A stretch of DNA of 64,000 nt from Gammaproteobacteria bacterium (GTDB lineage: Bacteria; Pseudomonadota; Gammaproteobacteria; Steroidobacterales; Steroidobacteraceae), in the NCBI GenBank assembly GCA_025359205.1, contig JANYHD010000039.1:80292-144291 (forward strand). The letters are read 5' to 3'. Below are positions 36,603 to 47,633 of this stretch, in pieces. Under the pieces are notes generated by a model. The model did no database searches. It was not told the DNA's origin and was given only the letters and a program-made list of their open reading frames with translations. Numbering within the stretch: the first letter of the stretch is position 1; every line of letters begins with the position of its first letter. The position numbers and the translations under genes are program-made.

Positions 36603-37574
36603 ATGCTCGGCGTAGTCACGGTCAACACCGGCACGCCCGACGCGCCGCAGGCGCGCGAGGTGAGCCGGTTCCTCAGCCGCTTCCTCGCCGATCCGCGCGT
36701 CGTCGAGCTACCGCGAGCGCTGTGGCTGCCGCTGCTGCGCGGGGTGATCCTGCCGCTGCGCTCACCGCGCAGCGCGCGCAATTACCGGCGCGTCTGGATG
36801 GACGGCGGTTCGCCGCTGGCCGTGCACTCGCAACGGCTCCGCCAGGCACTCGAACTCGAACTGGAAGTGCGACTGCCCGGCGCGGTCGTGGTCGAGAGCG
36901 CGTTCCTGTATTCAGAGCCGTTCCTGCCGGCCACGCTGAGTAAGCTCCGCGCCGCCGGCGCGCGCCGCATCGTCGTGCTGCCGCTGTTTCCGCAGGCCAG
37001 CGGCACCACCACCGGACCGGTCTACGATCAGGCCAGTGCGGCCTTGCGCGAGTGGCGGGCACTTCCCAGCCTGCACCTCATCGGCGATTACCACGCCGAT
37101 GACGCTTACATCGACGCGCTCGCCAACAGCGTGCGCGAACACTGGCAGCAGCATGGGCGCACCGCGCACCTGCTGATGTCCTTCCACGGCATTCCGCAGC
37201 GCTGCGTCGATCGCGGCGACCCCTACGGCGAGCAATGCCGCGCCACTGCGGTGCGCCTCGCCGCCGCGCTCGGCCTGGGCGCCGCCGAGTGGACGCTGTC
37301 ATTCCAGTCACGTTTCGGCAAGGCTCGCTGGCTGGCGCCGGCCACCGATCGAATGATGGCGGAGTTCCCGGGCAAGGGCGTGCGCTCGGTCACGGTGATT
37401 TGCCCCGGTTTCGCGGTCGACTGCCTCGAAACGCTCGAGGAAATCGCCATCGGCGGCCGGGAGACCTACCTGCACGCCGGCGGCGAGCAATTCCAGTACG
37501 TGCCTGCGCTCAATGATCGGGGCGATCACGCGCGCGCGCTGGCGCGGCTGGTGCTGGCCAACGCGGGCGGATGA
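36603..37574 (+). CDS. hemH: ferrochelatase
   Basis: VTVNTGTPDAPQAREVSRFLSRFLADPRVVELP, LLMSFHGIP, and CPGFAVDCLETLEEI. Confidence 0.92.
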   Translation: MLGVVTVNTGTPDAPQAREVSRFLSRFLADPRVVELPRALWLPLLRGVILPLRSPRSARNYRRVWMDGGSPLAVHSQRLRQALELELEVRLPGAVVVESAFLYSEPFLPATLSKLRAAGARRIVVLPLFPQASGTTTGPVYDQASAALREWRALPSLHLIGDYHADDAYIDALANSVREHWQQHGRTAHLLMSFHGIPQRCVDRGDPYGEQCRATAVRLAAALGLGAAEWTLSFQSRFGKARWLAPATDRMMAEFPGKGVRSVTVICPGFAVDCLETLEEIAIGGRETYLHAGGEQFQYVPALNDRGDHARALARLVLANAGG

Positions 37575-38293
37575 ACGTGTTCGGCCGCTTCCTCGAGCTC
37601 AGCCTTAACACCAGCGACATAGCCGCGTCAGTGCAGTTCTACGAGCGGCTGGGATTCACGCAACTCATGACCGGCGACACCTGGCCGCATCCCTACGGCG
37701 TGCTCAGCGATGGGCGCCTGTGCATCGGGCTGCACCAGCGGCACGGCACCTCGCCGCTGCTGAGTTTCGTGCGCCCGGAGCTGGCGCGGCACCTGCCCGA
37801 ACTGCGTGCGGCCGGTTTCGAGCCACACTACACACGCCTGGGTGACAGTGATTTCCACGAACTGCAGTTGCATGACCCGACCGGCCAGGGCATCGCGCTG
37901 CTCGAGGCGCGCACGTTCTCGCCGGCCCGGCGTGCGCAGGCGAGCTCGCTGTGCGGCTGGTTCAGCGGCTACAGCATGCCGGCCATCGACACCGAGGCAG
38001 CGCAGGCTTTCTGGGAACATGCCGGCTTCGTGGCGCTCGACCTGCCCGACGAGCCGCTCATGCAGCTCGCGCTCACCAGCGACACGCTGACGCTGACGCT
38101 GCACCGTCCGCGCGTACTGGAGTCGCCCCTGCTCGTGTTCACTGATCCCGAGATGCCGGAGCGGCTCACCCGGCTTGCGAGCATGGACATCCAGGGCAGC
38201 GGCGATCTGCCGCGCGGGCTGGACCGGCAGTCCAACGCGCTGCTCGAATCGCCCGAAGGCACGCAGTTGCTGCTGCTGCAGGCTGAGAGCTAG
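37571..38293 (+). CDS. VOC (glyoxalase/bleomycin-resistance/dioxygenase) family protein, two-module
   Basis: FLELSLNTSDIAASVQFYERLGF is a typical VOC beta-alpha-beta start. 4-nt overlap with the hemH stop. Confidence 0.65.
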   Translation: MNVFGRFLELSLNTSDIAASVQFYERLGFTQLMTGDTWPHPYGVLSDGRLCIGLHQRHGTSPLLSFVRPELARHLPELRAAGFEPHYTRLGDSDFHELQLHDPTGQGIALLEARTFSPARRAQASSLCGWFSGYSMPAIDTEAAQAFWEHAGFVALDLPDEPLMQLALTSDTLTLTLHRPRVLESPLLVFTDPEMPERLTRLASMDIQGSGDLPRGLDRQSNALLESPEGTQLLLLQAES

Positions 38294-38317
38294 GGCCCAG
38301 ACGCGATCGCAACTGCC

Positions 38318-39571
38318 ATGCGCCTGCAGATGAGCCAGCTGATTGCCATCGCCGTGGCCTGTGGCGTTGGCTTGCTGGTCGGAATCGAGCGCGAACGGCG
38401 CAAAGGCAGCGGGCCGCAGCGGGGCGCGGCCGGCGTGCGCACCTTCCTGATCGTGGCACTGGTGGGCGTGATCAGCGCTTTGACGGGCGGGCCGGTAATG
38501 CCGGTCATGATGGCGCTCGCGGTGGGCGCACTGGCGGTGAGCGCCTACCGCCGCGACCACTCGGGCGACCCGGGCATGACCACCGAGGTTGCGCTGTTGG
38601 CGACCTTCCTGCTCGGCGTGCTCAGCCAGAGCGCGCCGACGCTGGCGGCCGGCATCGGTGCGCTGCTTGCGATTGCGCTGGCCGCGCGCGAGTGGCTGCA
38701 TCGTTTTGTCCGTGCGCAACTCAGCGAGCAGGAGATCCACGACGGCCTGTTGCTGGCCGCCTGCGCGCTGGTGGTACTGCCGCTCGTGCCCGATCACGCC
38801 ATCGGTCCCTACGGCGCATTCAACCCGCGCACAGTTTGGAAATTCACCGTGCTGGTGATGTCGATCAATGCGCTCGGTTATCTCGCCCAGCGCATCCTCG
38901 GCGCGCGCCGGGGTTTGCCGCTGGCCGGACTCGCAGCAGGCTTCATCTCGAGCTCCGCTGCGCATGCCGCGATGGGGGCACGCGCCCGCTCGCAGCTGGC
39001 GCTGCGCGCCAGCGCACTGGCGGGTGCGGCCTGGTCATCGGTGGCGACTTTCGTGCAGCTCCTGTTGGTGCTGACGGTGGTCAGCCCCGCGCTGCTGCGC
39101 CCAATGTTAGTGCCGCTGCTGGTTGCAATGCTGGTCTGCACGCTGAACGCGTTGTTGCTGACTGCGCGCAGCAAAGACGAAGCACAGCCGGCGGCCGAGC
39201 CACGCGGGCGGGTCTTTCGCCTGCGCGAGGCGCTGCTGATCGGCGGCCTGATCGCGGTGGTGCTGCTCGTGACGACGCTCGCCGCGCGCTGGTTCGGCGC
39301 CCGCTATGCCGTGGCCACCGTCATGCTCGGCGGCTTCGCCGACGTGCACTCCGCGACCGCATCGGCGGGCATGCTCTGCAACGGCGGTGCTCTTACGCCG
39401 CAACGCGCCGCGCTCGCCATTGTGTTGGCGGTCACCGCCAACACGGCGACCAAGCTGGCGCTCGCGTGGCGCAGCGGCGGCAAGGGGTTCGCGCTGCGCC
39501 TGGCGCCCGGATTGCTGCTGTCCATCGCCGCCGGCGCGCTCGCCTGGCTGCTGCTCAACCGCGCGGCGTAG
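38318..39571 (+). CDS. MgtC/SapB-family N-terminal + DUF4010-type polytopic membrane protein
   Basis: IAIAVACGVGLLVGIERERRKG..GVRTF is the MgtC-family signature, followed by about 10 further helices. Confidence 0.75.
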   Translation: MRLQMSQLIAIAVACGVGLLVGIERERRKGSGPQRGAAGVRTFLIVALVGVISALTGGPVMPVMMALAVGALAVSAYRRDHSGDPGMTTEVALLATFLLGVLSQSAPTLAAGIGALLAIALAAREWLHRFVRAQLSEQEIHDGLLLAACALVVLPLVPDHAIGPYGAFNPRTVWKFTVLVMSINALGYLAQRILGARRGLPLAGLAAGFISSSAAHAAMGARARSQLALRASALAGAAWSSVATFVQLLLVLTVVSPALLRPMLVPLLVAMLVCTLNALLLTARSKDEAQPAAEPRGRVFRLREALLIGGLIAVVLLVTTLAARWFGARYAVATVMLGGFADVHSATASAGMLCNGGALTPQRAALAIVLAVTANTATKLALAWRSGGKGFALRLAPGLLLSIAAGALAWLLLNRAA

Positions 39572-40235
39572 CGCCTGTCTGGCGCGCGACCAGCACGAAG
39601 CGCGCGTGAATCTCATCCGCGACGCGCAGCGCGCCTAAAAGCAGGCTATAGGGCTCCAGGCCCGCCTCGCTCTGTTTGAAACTGAATTCACCGCTCGCCT
39701 GCAGAGTGTTGCCCTGCCGCTCCCACTGCAGTGGTACGGTGAGGTGCGATTCGTGATCGCGCAGTGTAACCGTGAGCTCAATTGACATCCCATCGGGCGT
39801 GGCCGTCAACCGCAGGCAACGCAGAACGATCGCCCGAAAGCGCGTGGCATCAAGCTGACGTTCGCCGAGCATGTGTGTGCGCGTGCCTTCGCGGTCCGCC
39901 GCAGCGAGCGGCTCGGCAAACTCGCCGCCGGCGGCAGCGCGCTCCTGCGGGTCGTCGACCACGAAGCCGGCCACTGGAACGCGCAGCTCGCAGGCGGAGC
40001 GTTCGGGCTGCGGCTGCAACCAGACATCACCCTCGATGCCGTGCGCGCTGATCACGTGACTGTGGCCGACGCGGGCCAGCGGACCGTCAGCGTGCAGGTA
40101 GAAGCGCATTTGCGACGCGCCGGCATCGACGCGAAACAAGCTGGCTCCGGCCGGACCTGCGGCCGCCGGCACCGGCAGGCGCACCGCAGGCTGTGGCCGG
40201 CACGCGGTCAGCAATAGCAAGACGCCAATCGCCAT
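39555..40235 (-). CDS. YceI-like periplasmic (lipo)protein
   Basis: Lipobox-like MAIGVLLLLTAC. FRVDAGASQMRFYLHADGPLARVGHSHVI and ..ASGEFSFKQSEAGLEPYS.. are typical of the YceI fold. The ORF is open to 40367. Confidence 0.65.
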   Translation of the reverse strand: MAIGVLLLLTACRPQPAVRLPVPAAAGPAGASLFRVDAGASQMRFYLHADGPLARVGHSHVISAHGIEGDVWLQPQPERSACELRVPVAGFVVDDPQERAAAGGEFAEPLAAADREGTRTHMLGERQLDATRFRAIVLRCLRLTATPDGMSIELTVTLRDHESHLTVPLQWERQGNTLQASGEFSFKQSEAGLEPYSLLLGALRVADEIHARFVLVARQTGATPRG

Positions 40236-40471
40236 TGCGGCAAACGGCCGCACGGAGATCAACAGCCTTTGACTATCGCCGCTTGTTGCCAATGATCTGC
40301 TCCAGTTGTTGCCCATTATACGGTGGGTGGTGCGTGCAGCCGTTCCGGTTCTGCAGGACCGAACCATTCAGTTTTTCTGATCTGCGCATCAGGCAATGCG
40401 TTTGCTGGCAACGCCCCATCGGCCGAGACTTGCACAGGCAGAAAACACCCTACACACACAGGAGTACCCCT

Positions 40472-40651
40472 ATGAACGCGCGCCGATTGCTTGAGGTGCT
40501 GGTTGCGGCACGCAGCCGCACGCGCTGGATCGCAGTGCCCGCCCAGCTGCCGGAATTGCGCGCCCTGCAGCGCCGCGTGGTTGCAGCACGTCTCAGCGGC
40601 GACTCCCGGCCGGTGAGAGCCGCACGCGCGCCATTTGACGACGTGCAGTAG
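40472..40651 (+). CDS. possible small basic protein (59 aa)
   Basis: AGGAG lies 8 nt upstream of ATG 40472. No recognisable motif, so this could be a chance ORF. Confidence 0.25.
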   Translation: MNARRLLEVLVAARSRTRWIAVPAQLPELRALQRRVVAARLSGDSRPVRAARAPFDDVQ

Positions 40652-40654
40652 CGT

Positions 40655-41122
40655 TCAGGCGCGCACGGCCTGCGCCGCGTAGCAACCCGGCCGCGCGTTG
40701 TGGAGGTGCACGAGGGCGACTCGCGCATCATCGAGATAGCGACCGAGGAGCGGAGCCACGTCGGCGCCAGCGCTGACTTCAGCGTCCACCATCATGCCGG
40801 CGGCGTCGAAGGCGCGCACCGACAGCAGCCGCGTGGCCAACACGGCGGGTATTTCATTGACGCCGGGCACGCATTCGACCGCTTGTTCGCGCACGTAGAT
40901 GGCATGGCTCGAGCGATAGGGCCCCGGTGACGGCAGGTGCTCATAGTTCAACAGCAGCAGCGATTCGCCAGGCGCGGCATCGCTGAGGCTCACGCGGCAG
41001 GGAAACCCGGGCTGCCGGTCGGCGATCACGCGGCGCACGCCGCGTGCGGCCAGCATGGCCTCCGGCAGCCCGAACAGCGGCGCAAATGGCGCGGCTGGCA
41101 GTGCGACGATCCTGAAATCCAT
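40655..41122 (-). CDS. DUF1203-like protein
   Basis: MDFRIVALPAAPFAPLF..PGFPCRVSL..LLLLNYEH..PYRSSHAIYV pattern as I recall for that family. Start at ATG 41122. Confidence 0.6.
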   Translation of the reverse strand: MDFRIVALPAAPFAPLFGLPEAMLAARGVRRVIADRQPGFPCRVSLSDAAPGESLLLLNYEHLPSPGPYRSSHAIYVREQAVECVPGVNEIPAVLATRLLSVRAFDAAGMMVDAEVSAGADVAPLLGRYLDDARVALVHLHNARPGCYAAQAVRA

Positions 41123-41283
41123 GCTCCGTACTCCCGTGGCGACCTGGCTGCAGCATGCGGCACCCCGGCATGCGCCGCACTCCGGATCTTGCGCGTCAAT
41201 TCGCCGCTGGCGCCGACAGCGGCGGCCGCGCCCTTGATATCCGTAAGCACTTACGGATATTCTGGGAAGCGGAGGCAACGACG

Positions 41284-42228
41284 ATGACGGACCTGCATGG
41301 CTACGGAACGCTGCTGCTCGCTGCGCGGCTGCGCAAGGTCAGCGAGACCCTGTACGCGGGCGTCGACGAGGTATACCGCGGCGAGGGCGTCGAGCTGCCC
41401 TCGCGATGCTTTCCAATCCTGTTCCTGCTGCGCGACCGCGGCCGGCTCGGCATCTCGGAGCTGGCGCTGCTGCTGGGCCAGAGCCATCCGGCCGTGAGCC
41501 AGATGAGCCGCAAGCTGCTCCGACACGGCGTGGTGCGCGAATGGCCCGACCCGGACGATGAGCGCAGGCGGCTGCTCGGCATGTCGCGCCGCGGCGCCAA
41601 ACTCATGCAGGGGCTCGAGCCCGTCTGGAAGGCCATCGTCGCGGCGGTCGCCGAGCTCGAGGCCACGCAACCAATCTCCGCGCCCTTGACCGCGCTCGAT
41701 GCCGCGCTCGCCACGCGCAGTATTGCGGCGCGCATCCGCGCGCACCTCGATACCGGACACGCGGTGCAGATTTTGCCGTTCGCACCGCGCTACGCCGAGG
41801 ATTTCAAGCGCCTGAACCTCGAATGGCTGCAGAAATTCTTCCGCGTCGAGCCGATCGACGAACAGGTGCTCTCCCGCCCGCAAGACATCATCCGCAAGGG
41901 CGGCGCTATCTACGTCGCGCGGCGCGATCGCAAGATCGTCGGCACCTGCGCGCTGATCAACGATGGCGACGAGGTCTACGAGCTGTCCAAGATGGCAGTC
42001 ACCGCCGACTGCCAGGGACTTGGCATTGGGCGGAAGCTCCTGGCCGCCGGTATCAGCGCGTTCCAGGCGCGCCGTGGCCGCCGCTTGATCCTCGAGACCA
42101 ACAGCATCCTGAAGCCCGCAATCAAACTCTACGAATCGGTCGGCTTTGAGCATGCGCCCGCGCCACATGCTTCCATGTACGAACGCGGTGACGTATACAT
42201 GGTCTATCGCGGCAAACCCAAGGGTTGA
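41284..42228 (+). CDS. fused MarR-type HTH regulator / GNAT N-acetyltransferase
   Basis: The N-terminal winged helix reads LGISELALLLGQSHPAVSQMSRKLLRHGVV..DERRRLL. The C-terminal GNAT motif A reads VTADCQGLGIGRKLL..LYESVGF. Confidence 0.8.
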   Translation: MTDLHGYGTLLLAARLRKVSETLYAGVDEVYRGEGVELPSRCFPILFLLRDRGRLGISELALLLGQSHPAVSQMSRKLLRHGVVREWPDPDDERRRLLGMSRRGAKLMQGLEPVWKAIVAAVAELEATQPISAPLTALDAALATRSIAARIRAHLDTGHAVQILPFAPRYAEDFKRLNLEWLQKFFRVEPIDEQVLSRPQDIIRKGGAIYVARRDRKIVGTCALINDGDEVYELSKMAVTADCQGLGIGRKLLAAGISAFQARRGRRLILETNSILKPAIKLYESVGFEHAPAPHASMYERGDVYMVYRGKPKG

Positions 42229-42530
42229 ATGCCATGGCAGGCGAACGCGCGCAGGCGGCGGCCACGGTACGAATCGACGAACCGCAGGTGCGCGCCACGG
42301 AATTCCGCTTCGCGCCCGGCGCCGAGACCGGCTGGCACCGGCACGGACACGACTACGTCGTGGTGCCGCTCCTGGATGGCAAGCTGCTGCTGGAGGAGCC
42401 CGGCGGCAACTCGCGCATCGCGGAACTGCGCGCACACCAGCCGTATGCGCGCCTCGCCGGCGTCGAACACAACGTGGTCAATGCCAATGAATTCGAATTC
42501 GCGTTCCTGGAGATCGAGCTGCTGCGCTGA
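42225..42530 (+). CDS. cupin-domain protein
   Basis: 101 aa with PGAETGWHRHGHDYVVVPL..GVEHNVVN cupin motifs. ATGA-type 4-nt overlap with the upstream gene. Confidence 0.75.
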   Translation: MNAMAGERAQAAATVRIDEPQVRATEFRFAPGAETGWHRHGHDYVVVPLLDGKLLLEEPGGNSRIAELRAHQPYARLAGVEHNVVNANEFEFAFLEIELLR

Positions 42531-42549
42531 GCATGCGCCGCGCTCTGGC

Positions 42550-43224
42550 GTGCGCGTCCTGGCCACCCTGTGCGCGATGCTGCTGTCCAGCGGAGCGGCA
42601 CGTGCGCAGCAGGCCATTGCCTTTCCGACCAGCGACGGCGGTCTCATTCACGCCGACGTCTACGGCGCCGGCGCCCGCACGATCGTGCTGGCGCATGGCG
42701 GGCGTCTCGACAAGGAGAGCTGGCGCAAGCAGGCCGACGTCCTGGTCGCTGCAGGCTATCGCGTGCTGGCCTTCGATTTTCGCGGCATCGGCCAGTCGCG
42801 CGGGCCGGGGCAGTCCGATCTCGAGACCGCGCCGCTGCAGCTCGACGTGCTCGCCGCCATTGACTACCTGCGGCGCACCGGCGCGACCTCCGTCGACGTC
42901 ATCGGCGCCAGCATGGGCGGCAGCGCCGCGGCGGATGCGGTTATCGCTTCGCCCCCCGGCCTGGTCCGCAGGCTGGTGCTGCTGGGCGCAGCACCCGACG
43001 GGCCGGCCGGGCGACTCAAGTGTCCGACCCTGTTCATCGTCGCACGCGACGACGCAAGCGGCGACGGACCACGGCTCCCGGGCATACGCGCGAAATTTGC
43101 GCAGGCGCCGCAACCGAAGCGGCTGGTGATCGTCAAGGGATCGGCGCACGCGCAGTTTCTGTTCCAGACCGATCAGGGCGCCCGCGTCCTGAAAGAGCTC
43201 ATGGACTTCCTGCAGGCCCGCTGA
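42550..43224 (+). CDS. secreted alpha/beta hydrolase
   Basis: GTG 42550. Signal peptide VRVLATLCAMLLSSGAARA, HGGRLDKESW, nucleophile elbow IGASMGG, and C-terminal GSAHAQ. Confidence 0.7.
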   Translation: MRVLATLCAMLLSSGAARAQQAIAFPTSDGGLIHADVYGAGARTIVLAHGGRLDKESWRKQADVLVAAGYRVLAFDFRGIGQSRGPGQSDLETAPLQLDVLAAIDYLRRTGATSVDVIGASMGGSAAADAVIASPPGLVRRLVLLGAAPDGPAGRLKCPTLFIVARDDASGDGPRLPGIRAKFAQAPQPKRLVIVKGSAHAQFLFQTDQGARVLKELMDFLQAR

Positions 43225-43259
43225 GCAGCCATCGTTCCGGGCCGCGCGCCGGGATCACA

Positions 43260-45464
<2,205 letters not shown>

Positions 45465-45609
45465 GGCATGCCTGCCCGGTGGTTTTACGGCTTAGAATAC
45501 CGCAACACCAGAGGCCGTCATACGTCGGGTTCTGAGATACGTAGTGTTACTGGGGCGCGCACCTGCAGGTCCGGTACAATTGCGATTCGTTCCGAAGGAG
45601 TAATGAGCG

Positions 45610-45969
45610 ATGAAAGATCTGTTGTCGCGCCGCGAGGCGCTCAAGGGACTCGCCCTCGGCGCGGGCACGCTGCTGGTGGCGGGCGCCGTTGCCGCAGACG
45701 CGGCCAAGCCCGCGGCCGCGCCGGCCCCGGCGGCAGCGCTGCCGCACGTCGCCGCGAGCGACCCGATGGCGCTGGCGCTGGCCTATGTCGAGAGCGCCAA
45801 GAGTGTCGACGCGAAGAAGTTCCCGAACTTCAAGCCCGAACAGAAGTGCTCCAACTGCCTGCAGAGCAAGGGCAAGGAAGGCGACGCGTGGGTGGGCTGC
45901 GCCCTGTTCCCGGGCAAGCTGGTCAACGCGCAGGGCTGGTGCAAGGCCTACGTTGTGAAGAAGGCCTGA
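45610..45969 (+). CDS. high-potential iron-sulfur protein (HiPIP) with Tat signal
   Basis: SRREALKGLALGAG twin-arginine leader. The cluster Cys pattern C..C (CSNC)...C (GCALF)...GWC is typical of HiPIP. AGGAG SD upstream. Confidence 0.85.
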   Translation: MKDLLSRREALKGLALGAGTLLVAGAVAADAAKPAAAPAPAAALPHVAASDPMALALAYVESAKSVDAKKFPNFKPEQKCSNCLQSKGKEGDAWVGCALFPGKLVNAQGWCKAYVVKKA

Positions 45970-45980
45970 GCCCCTCAGGC
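45964..45980. terminator. perfect 7-bp stem hairpin (GCCTGAG-CCC-CTCAGGC) spanning both convergent stop codons
   Basis: Read directly. It embeds the TGA of the HiPIP gene and the TGA (minus strand) of xni. No U-tract. Confidence 0.3.
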
Positions 45981-46862
45981 GGCCAGCCGGGCGATGCGCT
46001 CGGCCTGGCGCGGCAGCATCGCGCCGAACCCGTGCAGGTTGCAGAACTGCGCCAGCTCGGGCAGCGCGGGGCTGCGGCGGCGCAGCGCCTCACGATCGGC
46101 GGCGAGCGGCGCGTCGCAGTGGATGCGCGTCAGCGAACGCGCAAGAAAAGCCGCGTCGCGGTGCATTCGCAGTTTTTCGGGCAGGCGCGAGGCGCCGCGC
46201 AGCGGCAGGAACGCGACGCGCTCCAGATCTTCGTACACCGCTTCCAGCGTCGCATAGCGGCTCATGAGCGCGGCGGCCGTCTTCGGGCCCACGCCCGGCA
46301 CGCCCGGTATGTTGTCGACCGCATCGCCGGTGAGCGCAAGGTAGTCGGCCATGCGTTCCGGGGCCACGCCGAAGCGCGCGGCAATCTCCTCGTAAGCGTA
46401 TTCGGCCGCGTCGCTGTAGTCCCAGAAGCAATCGCCGGGGCCGACCAGCTGCGACAGGTCCTTGTCGCGTGTCACCACCGTGACGCGCAGGCCGTCCGCA
46501 CGCACGCGCGCGGCCAGCGTGCCGATCAGGTCGTCCGCCTCGTATTCACGGCTCGCGAACTCGGCCACGCCCAGGTGGCGGCAGAACTCGCGGCACAACG
46601 CGAACTGGCGCTTGAGCTCCGGGGGCGCCGGGTCGCGATTGGCCTTGTAGGAAGGCAGCAGTGCGTGGCGGTGGCCGGCGCCGTGGCTCTCATCGAAGGC
46701 CACCGCCAGGTAGCGCGGCGTGCGGCGCTCGATCAGATCGCCGAGGAAGCGCGCAAATCCATAGAGTGCATGCGTGGGGTTGCCCGCCGCGTCGCGCGCG
46801 TCCGAGCTTTGCGAAAACCAGGCCCGAAAGATGTAGACCGACGCGTCGACCAGATAGACCAC
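45975..46862 (-). CDS. xni: 5'-3' exonuclease / flap endonuclease (Xni/ExoIX, Pol I N-terminal-domain-like)
   Basis: VYLVDASVYIFRAWF, AFDES, YKANR, EADDLIGTLA, VTRDKDLSQL and DNIPGVPGVGPKTAA (H3TH). There is no in-frame ATG, so the start is placed at GTG 46862. The ORF is open to 47195 but overlaps the upstream HNH gene. Confidence 0.85.
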   Translation of the reverse strand: MVYLVDASVYIFRAWFSQSSDARDAAGNPTHALYGFARFLGDLIERRTPRYLAVAFDESHGAGHRHALLPSYKANRDPAPPELKRQFALCREFCRHLGVAEFASREYEADDLIGTLAARVRADGLRVTVVTRDKDLSQLVGPGDCFWDYSDAAEYAYEEIAARFGVAPERMADYLALTGDAVDNIPGVPGVGPKTAAALMSRYATLEAVYEDLERVAFLPLRGASRLPEKLRMHRDAAFLARSLTRIHCDAPLAADREALRRRSPALPELAQFCNLHGFGAMLPRQAERIARLAA

Positions 46863-46885
46863 GCGCCCGGAGTCCAGTCGCGCCG

Positions 46886-47557
46886 TCAGCTGAGCCAGCG
46901 CAGGATGCGCGCGTGCAGCGGGCTGCTGCGCGGAAAATGCGCCTGCAGGTATTCCATCTGGTCGGCGAGCACGCGCCGGCCCTTGAGGAAGATGTACTCC
47001 GCGTAGGTCGGCTGGAACGGCACCGCAATCAGCTGCAGCTTCGCCTGTTCGGGCGTGCGCCAGGCCTTGAAGTTGTTGCAGCTGCGGCAGGCCGCGACCA
47101 CGTTGGTCCACACGTCGCGCCCGCCCTGGCTGAACGGCCGCACGTGATCGCGCGACAGCTCGCGGCTGTGGAAACGCCCGCCGCAGTAGAGGCACAGGTA
47201 GGCATCGCGCCGGAACAGCGTCTCGTTGTTCAGCGGCGGCACGTAGTCATGGCGCGTATTGCCCGGGTTGCCGGTGTGGCCGACCGTGGCCACGATCGAG
47301 TTGACCTCGACCACGGTGCGATTGCCCGAGCGCGCGTTGACGCCGCCATAGAGGCTGTAGACGAGCGAGCCGCAGGTGTAGGCAACCTGGTCCTGGTGAT
47401 ACAGTCGAGCCGCCTCGCGGTAGTCGATCCATTCGAGCGGCATGCCCGCGATGTCCGTGCGCAGCACCATCTGCGCCAGCCCGTGCGCAGCCGAATGCAG
47501 CACCAGGCGCGTATCATCATCGGCGGATTGCCGGCCATGTAGGACCTTAAGAGCCAT
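46886..47557 (-). CDS. HNH endonuclease-domain protein
   Basis: CLYCGGRFHSRELSRDHVRPFSQGGRDVWTNVVAACRSCNNFK (HNH with 2x CxxC). Start at ATG 47557 (MALKVLHG). The upstream part of the track ORF (to 48019) is antisense to pntAA. Confidence 0.8.
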   Translation of the reverse strand: MALKVLHGRQSADDDTRLVLHSAAHGLAQMVLRTDIAGMPLEWIDYREAARLYHQDQVAYTCGSLVYSLYGGVNARSGNRTVVEVNSIVATVGHTGNPGNTRHDYVPPLNNETLFRRDAYLCLYCGGRFHSRELSRDHVRPFSQGGRDVWTNVVAACRSCNNFKAWRTPEQAKLQLIAVPFQPTYAEYIFLKGRRVLADQMEYLQAHFPRSSPLHARILRWLS

Positions 47558-47633
47558 CCGTGCAAGATTAGGCAGCCTTGTGCGAGAATTCAACGGATAG
47601 GGCTCCACAGGCCCACCCAATTGGGAGTTTTTC

